This document shows, piece after piece, positions 45,697-53,814 of a stretch of 56,713 nucleotides of DNA (positions are counted from its first letter, which is position 1; each line of letters opens with the position of its first letter). The stretch spans positions 1-56,713 of the forward strand of contig CAZCNT010000002.1 of assembly GCA_964500695.1 (NCBI GenBank). The letters are read 5' to 3'. This stretch comes from an uncultured Gammaproteobacteria bacterium. Its GTDB lineage: Bacteria > Patescibacteriota > Microgenomatia > UBA8517. The position numbers and the translations under genes were made by a program. Under the pieces are notes generated by a model. The model saw only the letters and a list, made by a program, of their open reading frames with translations. It was not told where the DNA came from and did not search any database.

Positions 45697-46455
45697 TTAT
45701 ATAACGTCTGCAAAATATCTCGATCTATGTTTAAAAAATAAGAATCCAACGATAAATATTAACAGCGAAACAATTATGGAATAAATAAACGAAGGCCAGG
45801 CCGGTGACACTCCATATAACATGGTATTTCTGTAAGCACTAATGATCGAAGCCATCGGATTTAAATTATAAATCGGAAGCCACTGAGTCGGAATAAGTTC
45901 TTGAGGGTACAAAACCGGGGAAAGATACATCCAGATAGTTACCATAACACCCATCACATTCCCTATATCTCTGTAAAAGACGTTCATTGCAGAAAAAATA
46001 AAAGAAATACCCAAGGTAAGAAAAAGCTGAACCGTAAAGATCACCGGGAGATAAATAAATAAGGGATGAAGTTTTATTCCGAAAATCAAAACCAACAGAA
46101 CGCCTACAATTACGGTTAGAAAAAAATCGATAAACTTAACCAAAACTGTTGAAATTGGGAACACTTCCATTGGTAAATAGATTTTTGTAATAAGGGAGCT
46201 GTTCCCCACCAAACTTGATGTCGAGGAAATCAAAGAATTGGCTGTAAATGTCCAAGGTATAAGACCTGTAAAAAGAAATACCGGATAAGGAATATTCCCC
46301 GTAGGAATACGGACAAAATAGGAAAAGACCATGGTCAAAACGATAAGGTTGAGTAGAGGAACAATAATAACCCAAGCACATCCCAGTATTGATTGTTTGT
46401 AGCGGGCTTTGATTTCCCTTTTTACGAGCTCAATCAGTAGATCTTTGTACTTCAT
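45697..46455 (-). CDS. wzm: ABC-2 type polysaccharide exporter permease
   Basis: LVKREIKARYKQSILGCAWVIIVPLLN opening and 6 TM helices. 252 aa. Confidence 0.9.
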   Translation of the reverse strand: MKYKDLLIELVKREIKARYKQSILGCAWVIIVPLLNLIVLTMVFSYFVRIPTGNIPYPVFLFTGLIPWTFTANSLISSTSSLVGNSSLITKIYLPMEVFPISTVLVKFIDFFLTVIVGVLLVLIFGIKLHPLFIYLPVIFTVQLFLTLGISFIFSAMNVFYRDIGNVMGVMVTIWMYLSPVLYPQELIPTQWLPIYNLNPMASIISAYRNTMLYGVSPAWPSFIYSIIVSLLIFIVGFLFFKHRSRYFADVI

Positions 46456-46472
46456 ATACGCATAGTTTGACG

Positions 46473-47723
46473 CTATTTTCCCAATTTAGCAACTGAATAA
46501 ATGTTCAACGCTCCAAAAAGCAGAAGCACTGAAAATGTTGAGACGTTTACGATTTGACCTATTCCTGAATGAAAAAGTGTTATCCCAATCACCTGGGTCA
46601 GAGCCAGTATTAGTGTCAGATAAGCAGGAACAACTTTCGAACGAGAAAGGAAGTAACTAACCAGTAATAAATCCAGGCTGTAAATAAGATACACTATGCC
46701 AATCCTTCCCAGATATGGCACAATCGTCAAATATTTCTGGCCGTAAAGCACTCTCACCGCTGTTTCGGGGAAGAAATGATACAGAGCTACAACAAAGAGG
46801 CCGACAAAAAACGTCGCCATACCGCTTAAAAGGAGGATCTTTCCAGTTTTAAATCCCTTTGTATGGCTTTGGCTTACCAGAGGAAACATCACACCAATAA
46901 TTGGAACAGAGGCATATAGCACCATTTTCCCCATCGTAGCAAGTGCAGCATATATTCCTGAGTCGTGCGGAGATAAAAAATATCTTGCCAGAACAACATC
47001 CTGGGAAATAAAGGCGCCCGTGGCAACTGTCATAATAAGAACCGGAAGAGCATACTTGACAATTTCCTTCCTCTTTTCATAGATCAAGCTCCCGAACTTG
47101 ACACCCTTAATTCTAACAAAATTCTTACCTATCCAAGCAGAAACCAAATTTGATACTAAAATGGCAAAAACTACACCCGATAGTGAAAAGCCCAATCTAA
47201 AAAGTAAATATCCAGCAACTATCCTTATTGACCAAGTCACCATTCCAACAATGACCAGCTCCTTAAACCGCAAGAGCCCTTCTAAAAAGGAGTTATTAAA
47301 TATTATAAAGAAGGTAAAAAACATGATCAGTCCCACCTGTATGGCAGAAAGAGAATTTGTGAATAATATTTTTGCAATCAGAGGATAAGACAACAGTAAA
47401 ATTACCGAACAAACAATGGCAACTTTTTTGATTATGCCCCCAAGCCATGAAAAAAGACGTTTCCTCCCCTCATTGTCCTCCATCGAAACAAATTTAACTA
47501 TTACGACGCTAAAAAAACCGAAGATTGAAGTAAAAAGACTGATAAGAGAAATTATCGCGGCTAATTCGCCATATAAAGACGGACCCAATATTCTTCCAAA
47601 AAACAAATGGTAAATATAGGCAAGAAAGTTTACGAAATTAGTACCCACCAGCATAATAATGCTTCCTGTAAAAAGCTTACTTGTAAACAAGTTTTTCATC
47701 TCTTTTAATAGTTTGTCCATCAT
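46473..47723 (-). CDS. Wzx/MOP-superfamily oligosaccharide flippase-like protein
   Basis: 416 aa with about 12 TM helices. The N-terminal ..GSIIMLVGTNFVNFLAYIYHLFFGRILGPSLYGE is typical of Polysacc_synt flippases. Confidence 0.7.
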   Translation of the reverse strand: MMDKLLKEMKNLFTSKLFTGSIIMLVGTNFVNFLAYIYHLFFGRILGPSLYGELAAIISLISLFTSIFGFFSVVIVKFVSMEDNEGRKRLFSWLGGIIKKVAIVCSVILLLSYPLIAKILFTNSLSAIQVGLIMFFTFFIIFNNSFLEGLLRFKELVIVGMVTWSIRIVAGYLLFRLGFSLSGVVFAILVSNLVSAWIGKNFVRIKGVKFGSLIYEKRKEIVKYALPVLIMTVATGAFISQDVVLARYFLSPHDSGIYAALATMGKMVLYASVPIIGVMFPLVSQSHTKGFKTGKILLLSGMATFFVGLFVVALYHFFPETAVRVLYGQKYLTIVPYLGRIGIVYLIYSLDLLLVSYFLSRSKVVPAYLTLILALTQVIGITLFHSGIGQIVNVSTFSVLLLFGALNIYSVAKLGK

Positions 47724-47727
47724 TTTT

Positions 47728-48894
47728 TTATGCTACCCAGTAGCCTCTTATGAACATTGACAGCAATATGATCTGAACTGTGGTCAATATTATCACTAAG
47801 AGTCTGAAATGTCTCCCAGGCGTGCTAGCAAGTAGGGGAAATATCGGAAAAGCAACTAGAGCATAACGCGGCATTGAGGAAAGCGTACCTGTCAAAGTCG
47901 GAAGAATTAATACCAAAAAACTAAACCATAGATAACTCGATCTGATTTTTTTGAAAAAGATTGCCAATAAAGATAACGGAATCAGAGTAAAAATAAATTC
48001 CAAAAGAGCATTCCAAAAAGGAAGAGAAGTAACTTTTACCGTTAAAAACATTTTTATATAACGGAAAATAACTTGAGGCAATAAGATATAAGCCTGAGAA
48101 CTTCTTCCGGCGCCAAAGCCCGGTTGTGAATTTAAAAAAAGAAGAGCGTCACCAAAATTTTTGTTCAGGTAAAACATGTAGGCAACTAACCCCAGAGGTG
48201 CCAAAACCAAACCTAATATCTGCCCTCCTAACTCCTTTGTTTTAATGTTTTTACGGTTCATAAACATCTCTATCAAAAAGATTACCTGAATAAACACACC
48301 GAAGATTTTAGTAGCGCTCGCAATTGCAGCAAGAATACCTGCAAGAAAATATTTCTTAGTCCTAAAGCAGTAAATACTAGCGACTGTCAGCATCAAAAAA
48401 AGAGATTCTGTATATATCGAACCTAAGTAGAAGGATGTTGGAAATACCAAAACGAGGACCAATGAAAGCTTTGCAATCTTCTCCGAGTAATCAAGCTTTA
48501 AAAGCTTGTAGAAAAAAACAAGAAATCCCAGAAAAAACAAGTTGGATAGAATTAAGCCTGTGTAGAAATATGACGGGTCGACAAAAGTTCGGGTATCAAT
48601 AGCCGGATTCTTGGGTATAACGTTCAAAAACCTGATCAACAGTGGATAAACAGGGAAAAAAGACTGAGAGAATTTAGAGGTGTACCCGTCCTGTGCAAGT
48701 CTTAAGTAATGAACCCCGTCAAAATTCCCAAATCCCCATATCCAATTGGGCAAACCGGTTGGTTCTAAAGCCGTATTATAATAGGGAAATCTGGCGCCAA
48801 ATTGAGATATTAGATAATTAGACGAAAAGGCAACAAAGAAAAGACATATCCTCCAAATAATAAACAGAGTAAAAATATATTTGATGGTTTTCAT
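47728..48894 (-). CDS. PIG-V-like (GT-C) mannosyltransferase-family membrane protein, paralog of 9125-10174
   Basis: NFDGVHYLRLAQDGY..FFPVYPLL..FYKLLKLDY, shared with the ORF at 9125-10174. Confidence 0.65.
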   Translation of the reverse strand: MKTIKYIFTLFIIWRICLFFVAFSSNYLISQFGARFPYYNTALEPTGLPNWIWGFGNFDGVHYLRLAQDGYTSKFSQSFFPVYPLLIRFLNVIPKNPAIDTRTFVDPSYFYTGLILSNLFFLGFLVFFYKLLKLDYSEKIAKLSLVLVLVFPTSFYLGSIYTESLFLMLTVASIYCFRTKKYFLAGILAAIASATKIFGVFIQVIFLIEMFMNRKNIKTKELGGQILGLVLAPLGLVAYMFYLNKNFGDALLFLNSQPGFGAGRSSQAYILLPQVIFRYIKMFLTVKVTSLPFWNALLEFIFTLIPLSLLAIFFKKIRSSYLWFSFLVLILPTLTGTLSSMPRYALVAFPIFPLLASTPGRHFRLLVIILTTVQIILLSMFIRGYWVA

Positions 48895-48935
48895 GTATGC
48901 CGGATGGACTAATTATACCGCAGGGAAGACTTTAT

Positions 48936-49643
48936 TTAATACTCAACCCTGACATCATGAAGCCAGATTTTAGGAGGACGGGAAAGCATGAAAACAACGA
49001 CCTCGGCTAAATTTTCAGGATCAATAAACTTCTCTTGATCAAAATGCTCACCGGTTTTGTTAAACATTTCAGTATTTGTTCCCCCTTGGTAAAAAGCAGC
49101 TGCACGCACTGAAGTCCCCTTTAGATCCTCTTTCAGTACATCGGTAAATCCCCTAACTCCCCATTTTGCAGCCGTATAAACACTTTGCCCGGGTTGAGCT
49201 GTTATTCCCGATTTAGAAGAATCATTAATTATTACAGCTTCTTTTTGACGTTTAAGAATCGGGAGAGCAAAGTGGGCCATATAAATCATCCCTTTCAAAT
49301 CCGTATCAACAATATTGTCAATTTCTTCAATCGAAACGTCTTCGAGCAAATTTAGTTTCTGCCAAACTCCGGCGATATTAAGAAGAATCTGAACTTCTTT
49401 AAAATCAACCTCAACCTGCCTAACTGTACTCTCAACCTGTTTACTGTTAGAAATATCGCAGGAATACACTTCAGCTTTAAGAGAGCCAAGTTTTTCGACC
49501 TCTGTCTTCACGGCATTTAGCTTTTCTTCACTTCTGGCAACAAGCGCTAAAGAAACACCCTCCTTTGCCAATTTGATGGCAATTTGTTTTCCAAGTCCAT
49601 CACTTGCTCCCGTAACAATTGCGACTTTTCCCTTAAGGTTCAT
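48936..49643 (-). CDS. Classical short-chain dehydrogenase/reductase
   Basis: VAIVTGASDGLGKQIA (TGxxxGxG) and YTAAKWG (YxxxK). Confidence 0.9.
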   Translation of the reverse strand: MNLKGKVAIVTGASDGLGKQIAIKLAKEGVSLALVARSEEKLNAVKTEVEKLGSLKAEVYSCDISNSKQVESTVRQVEVDFKEVQILLNIAGVWQKLNLLEDVSIEEIDNIVDTDLKGMIYMAHFALPILKRQKEAVIINDSSKSGITAQPGQSVYTAAKWGVRGFTDVLKEDLKGTSVRAAAFYQGGTNTEMFNKTGEHFDQEKFIDPENLAEVVVFMLSRPPKIWLHDVRVEY

Positions 49644-50524
49644 TATTTTTTATTATAATTCGTTGTTAAATATTTAAAATACGCAATCGGAAAATGCATG
49701 GCACTAAAAAAACTCCACAAGAATCCGGAAACACCATCAAGAAAACCGAGATGTCTGAAATATAACTTCAAAAAAGTGAATAGTGGGTAGTAAACGGTGA
49801 ATAGTAGAAAACTCCACGGATTTTTACCAATATGGTCTTGGGCAAGTTCCTGCGCCTTCAGGTCTGTATAACGATTAAGGCGTGTCAGATAACGTTTTAG
49901 GGTCGGTGAATCATAATGCATTAAATCTTCTCCCAACCACCCAACCTTTCCATTAACTATAATTTGTTCATGAACGGATTTTTGAGGAAAATGTGCTTTT
50001 CCTTTTTTCACCAAGCGGATTTCCCCATCCGGATATACACCCGCGTGAATTAAAGGCTTTCCTAAAAAAATATTTCTCCTGGGAAGAAAATAACCAACAA
50101 CTTCACCCGTAGGTTTACCGATTTTACCATCGCGCCGTTCAATTAAAGACTGGTGACGAAGAAAAAGGGGATTGTGGATAGTGGTTAGTGGCTGGTGATT
50201 GATAACTCGGACAATTTCTTTTGCCAATTTTGGGGACACTTCTTCATCTGCGTCAAGTTGTAATATCCAGTCCCCCGTTGCTCTATCCAACGCTTTTTGT
50301 TTAGTTATGTGGAAAATATCATGGTGAGGTTCCAAAAAAACTTTTGCACTATATTTTTCGGCAATTTCGCGTGTTTTATCCGTCGAGTATTCGTCGACCA
50401 ATATTATTTCACCGGCAAGATTTTTAACCGACTCCAAACATCTGCCAATATTGCCCTCTTCGTTTCTTGTTGCCAACACGACACTAAGTAATTTGTGATT
50501 AGTGACTTGTGGTTGGTGAATCAT
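49643..50524 (-). CDS. GT2 family glycosyltransferase whose first 11 codons and one internal segment are built from heptamer arrays
   Basis: LSVVLATRNEEGNI..ILVDEYSTD..QLDADE. The N-terminus MIHQPQVTNHK is encoded by array 50495-50522. The internal INHQPLTTIHN segment is encoded by array 50174-50201. Confidence 0.85.
   Translation of the reverse strand: MIHQPQVTNHKLLSVVLATRNEEGNIGRCLESVKNLAGEIILVDEYSTDKTREIAEKYSAKVFLEPHHDIFHITKQKALDRATGDWILQLDADEEVSPKLAKEIVRVINHQPLTTIHNPLFLRHQSLIERRDGKIGKPTGEVVGYFLPRRNIFLGKPLIHAGVYPDGEIRLVKKGKAHFPQKSVHEQIIVNGKVGWLGEDLMHYDSPTLKRYLTRLNRYTDLKAQELAQDHIGKNPWSFLLFTVYYPLFTFLKLYFRHLGFLDGVSGFLWSFFSAMHFPIAYFKYLTTNYNKK
50174..50201. repeat. Heptanucleotide array, 4 units (gtggata gtggtta gtggctg gtgattg), inside the GT2 coding sequence
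   Basis: Read directly from the sequence. Same polarity as array 50495-50522. Confidence 0.6.
50495..50522. repeat. Heptanucleotide array, 4 units (gtgatta gtgactt gtggttg gtgaatc); left bracket of the four-helix-bundle gene
   Basis: Read directly from the sequence. gtgattagtga (50495-50505) is the exact reverse complement of tcactaatcac (50900-50910). Confidence 0.75.
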
Positions 50525-50892
50525 TTTTTCTTTCTCAAACTATTAATAAGAGCGTTTATCGACATTGCTAATATCTCATATCTTTGCCTAAGACGGGAAT
50601 AATTATCTTCATTAATATATTTCAGGTCTTTGGACACTAATAAGTGATAAATTGTTTCACCAGTAGAACCGCGCGCATTAATTAAAAATTGAATCAGCTC
50701 TTTAGTAGAATATCTGTAAAACCCTTCAATAATATTGGCAGGTATTGACAGAGAAGACCTTCTTAATTGAGAAACAAGTCCATACAATTCATCTTTTGGA
50801 AAACTTCTAGTAATAACATATATTTCCATGGCTAGTCTGTGCGATTCTTGCCAGATCTTTAGATCTTCAAATTTCGTAATCTTGTTTTTCAT
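50521..50892 (-). CDS. Four-helix-bundle protein, 23S rRNA intervening-sequence protein / Avd family (TIGR02436-like)
   Basis: FEDLKIWQESHRLAMEIY..FPKDELYGLVSQLRRSSLSIPANIIEG..STKELIQFLINARGSTGETIYHLLVSKDLKYI matches the family signature. 123 aa. Confidence 0.9.
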   Translation of the reverse strand: MKNKITKFEDLKIWQESHRLAMEIYVITRSFPKDELYGLVSQLRRSSLSIPANIIEGFYRYSTKELIQFLINARGSTGETIYHLLVSKDLKYINEDNYSRLRQRYEILAMSINALINSLRKKK

Positions 50893-50893
50893 T

Positions 50894-50934
50894 CACTATT
50901 CACTAATCACGAATCACCAATCACGTTCACTGAT
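50894..50934. repeat. Heptanucleotide array, about 6 units (cactatt cactaat cacgaat caccaat cacgtt cactgat); right bracket, inverted relative to 50495-50522
   Basis: Read directly from the sequence. It begins 1 nt beyond the ATG (50892-50890) and contains the stop codon (50927-50929) of the upstream GT-C gene. Confidence 0.8.
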
Positions 50935-52495
50935 TTCCACTCACCACATAGAACGCATCACTCCCATCAGGGTACTTAATCAATTCATTGACGTCAAACT
51001 GATTAACGAACCTCAAACCTCCATAATAACTCGGTGTAACAATATACAATATTTTATAATTCGGATAGCTGTTTATTATATTCCAGCCCCCGAATTGATA
51101 TTTGTCAAAAGACGATACGGTATTATAACTCTTTGATTCACTTTCATCGTATTTCACCGTTTTAAGAAGCTCCGGAAGTGGGGTTTTTAGATAGTAAAGG
51201 AAAAATATGTATGGCTGCTGTCTAATTTTGTCCATGTAAACTTTTACATAATCGGGGTTCCTCTTTACATAATCAGCGATCTGCTTCATGCCATATTGCC
51301 ACTCTATGGCGTCTTTCTTTGAATACTCCGTAAAGTAGTAGTTAACATAATGACTAGCTTCTTTGCTTAAAATGGTCAGCAATATAACAAGAACGGCTAT
51401 CTTTAACCAACTTTTTCTAAACACCGAAATAATAGCTTCTGCTCCGGTAGCCGAAAAGATCAGTACAGGGGCTATCATAAAAATACCTCTTGTGGCACTG
51501 GGCTCTAGAGCCGAGACCGCACCGGGAATCGGAGTTAAAGCTAACCAGCTCAAAAGCACCAACAATCCTTCCCACTTCCTGCGCAGTAAAAGGGCAATGA
51601 TTCCGACAGCAATAAGAACCAAATCAATTTTATAAAACTCCCCTATTGTCTTTACTGATGCCCTTGGCTTTAAATCGCCATTTTCAAACAGATATGAGAA
51701 GGTAAAATAGCCCTTATAATTGTGTATTACGGTCCCCAATTCCCCTCCATACGGCTTAGTTACTTCTTCTGAAAATTTGTTTTGATCAATTCTGGCAAAA
51801 CCCAAAATTCTAGGGTCCTTTATCACCAATCCGGTAAAAAGCATCACAATCGCGATTGAACATAACAGTATTTTTTTATTTGCAACCAACTGCCTGAAAT
51901 GAATCAGGCAAAGGAGAAGGACTAACGGAGGCACAACCACTTTGGCTGAATGATATGAAAAGAAACTCAATCCAAAAAATACAAACGACAAGGGAAAGAA
52001 CCATAGTCTTTTACCTAAACTTACATAAAAACAGGCAAATCCCGCTATCAAGAAAAATAGAGCAAAATTTGCCTCCCACAACCCCCTTGAGTAATGTATT
52101 GCATATGGAGATACGGCAATAAATAATCCCGAAAATAATGCCGCCAGTTCATTTTTAAAAAGTTGCCTGACAAATATGTAAATTGCAAGAATACTTAATA
52201 CACCGATCGCGGCACTACCGGCACGAGTTGAAAAATCAGATAACCCAAAGGTTTTTACAACAATTGCCGTTAAATAAATATGAACAGGGTGTTTATCATC
52301 CCCAAAATTCTTAAAAACTGTTGGAAATTTGTTTCCATACTCATCCGCTCCCCAATTAGCAATCGTATAAGCATTATAACCCGCGGCAACTTCATCCCAG
52401 TTTAGAGAAGGCGGAATTTGGTCTAATTTGTAAAAACGCAAAATAGCACCTAATACCAAAATCATTGCCAATATTATTAAATAAATCCTTTTCAT
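50927..52495 (-). CDS. GT-C fold glycosyltransferase (GT39/ArnT-PMT-like), tandem paralog 1 of 3
   Basis: RFYKLDQIPPSLNWDEVAAGYNAYTIANWGADEYGNKFP first-loop motif. Polytopic with a C-terminal soluble domain. Confidence 0.8.
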   Translation of the reverse strand: MKRIYLIILAMILVLGAILRFYKLDQIPPSLNWDEVAAGYNAYTIANWGADEYGNKFPTVFKNFGDDKHPVHIYLTAIVVKTFGLSDFSTRAGSAAIGVLSILAIYIFVRQLFKNELAALFSGLFIAVSPYAIHYSRGLWEANFALFFLIAGFACFYVSLGKRLWFFPLSFVFFGLSFFSYHSAKVVVPPLVLLLCLIHFRQLVANKKILLCSIAIVMLFTGLVIKDPRILGFARIDQNKFSEEVTKPYGGELGTVIHNYKGYFTFSYLFENGDLKPRASVKTIGEFYKIDLVLIAVGIIALLLRRKWEGLLVLLSWLALTPIPGAVSALEPSATRGIFMIAPVLIFSATGAEAIISVFRKSWLKIAVLVILLTILSKEASHYVNYYFTEYSKKDAIEWQYGMKQIADYVKRNPDYVKVYMDKIRQQPYIFFLYYLKTPLPELLKTVKYDESESKSYNTVSSFDKYQFGGWNIINSYPNYKILYIVTPSYYGGLRFVNQFDVNELIKYPDGSDAFYVVSGNQ

Positions 52496-53814
52496 GGCTT
52501 AAATTGAAACCCATTAAACGATGCCACTTTTGAAAATCCCCATTCACTTACCTGATTTAGTTTTACCTCTTTCCTAAATTTCTCAGGAGGATATTTCAGG
52601 TAGTAGAGAGCAAAAATATATGGCTGGGCATATCTATCGGTCACTACTCCCCCGGTTATTTCTGAAAATATCTGTTTATATTCATATTGCCAATCACTCA
52701 AAGTTTCCAGATTATATTTGGTAGAAAAATCCCGATAGTAGAACCCAAAAAAGATCAGGTAAATCCCTACCGTCACATATAGAAAATATTTTTTAAATGA
52801 GACCAATCCCACTGCAGATATTACTGCGAGGGATGGTGCCATGAGTATTGCTCGTAGAGCATGAGGGGATTCTTTGGTAATTGCCGCCGGGATCGGAGCC
52901 AAAACTAATAATAGTAGAAAAAGCCAGGTTAACTTGTTCCTATCCTTTATAACCCTCCATATTCCAATTAAAAGAATCGGGAAGTCCAAATAATAAAGTT
53001 CTCCCCACCCGGGAAGACCATGTCTCTTGATGATATCTCCGTTAATAAAAAGAAATTTTGGGTCAAAATGAGAAAGGTAATTTGTTATTATCCCGACAAA
53101 GCCATTGGCACCGACGGCTATCAACCTTACCGCCCCCGCATCCAACAAATACAGTCTGACAATTGGAATTAGACTAATCAAAAAAAATCCAAGAGCAATT
53201 AACTCCAACTTAATATCTTTGTGTTTTTGACTAATTAGCCAAACAAACAAAATGGCCGGAATAATTATTCTAAATGAGTTGTAACTGTAAATTGAAAGAA
53301 TTGCGGCAAGTGAAGAAAGAATTATGTAGTATCTCTTTTCCTGATACAAAAGGAGGAAAATAAGGAACACAAAAAAGAAAAATAACCCCGCCGTCGCCTC
53401 AAATCCCGTTCTTGAAAAAATAAAAAGCCAGGGAGAAATGGTTAATAGAAAAGCAGAAGCCAATCCCACACTTTCTTTCTTCGTTATCTTCTTGGCTAGG
53501 AAATATACTGCAATTATCGTTCCCAGGGAATATAAAACAGCGGGAAGCCTTAGAGTAATTTCGTTTGATCCGAAAAGTTTTGTCAGAATGGCAACGCTGT
53601 ATATGTAGACCGGAAGCTTAAACTCGCCAAAAGCCCTGAAATGAAGAGGGAGAGTATCTCCCCACTCATCCTTCAAGTCTGTCGCAACAGCAAAAGCGTT
53701 GTACCCGATTGACGCTTCATCCCAATATACAGATGACGGAATCTGTGCGATCTTATACAACCTAGTCACCAAAAAAAGTAAGATTATTAGAACCAGTAAT
53801 AAATATTTTTTCAC
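52492..53814 (-). CDS. GT-C fold glycosyltransferase (GT39/ArnT-PMT-like), tandem paralog 2 of 3
   Basis: RLYKIAQIPSSVYWDEASIGYNAFAVATDLKDEWGDTLPLHFRAFGEFKLPVYIY. ATGA overlaps on both sides. Confidence 0.8.
   Translation of the reverse strand: MKKYLLLVLIILLFLVTRLYKIAQIPSSVYWDEASIGYNAFAVATDLKDEWGDTLPLHFRAFGEFKLPVYIYSVAILTKLFGSNEITLRLPAVLYSLGTIIAVYFLAKKITKKESVGLASAFLLTISPWLFIFSRTGFEATAGLFFFFVFLIFLLLYQEKRYYIILSSLAAILSIYSYNSFRIIIPAILFVWLISQKHKDIKLELIALGFFLISLIPIVRLYLLDAGAVRLIAVGANGFVGIITNYLSHFDPKFLFINGDIIKRHGLPGWGELYYLDFPILLIGIWRVIKDRNKLTWLFLLLLVLAPIPAAITKESPHALRAILMAPSLAVISAVGLVSFKKYFLYVTVGIYLIFFGFYYRDFSTKYNLETLSDWQYEYKQIFSEITGGVVTDRYAQPYIFALYYLKYPPEKFRKEVKLNQVSEWGFSKVASFNGFQFKP

Noticed and set aside
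49781-49812. A further heptamer-like stretch (gtgaata gtgggta gtaaacg gtgaata gtagaaa) in the 3' part of the GT2 gene.
   Set aside because: The units are irregular. The encoded segment (..FLLFTVYYPLFTF..) matches the hydrophobic C-terminal region expected for this GT2 subfamily, so this is probably ordinary coding sequence.
50521-50892. Diversity-generating retroelement, because the four-helix-bundle protein belongs to the Avd family.
   Set aside because: No reverse transcriptase ORF and no template/variable repeat pair are visible anywhere in the window. The gene appears to be a stand-alone family member.
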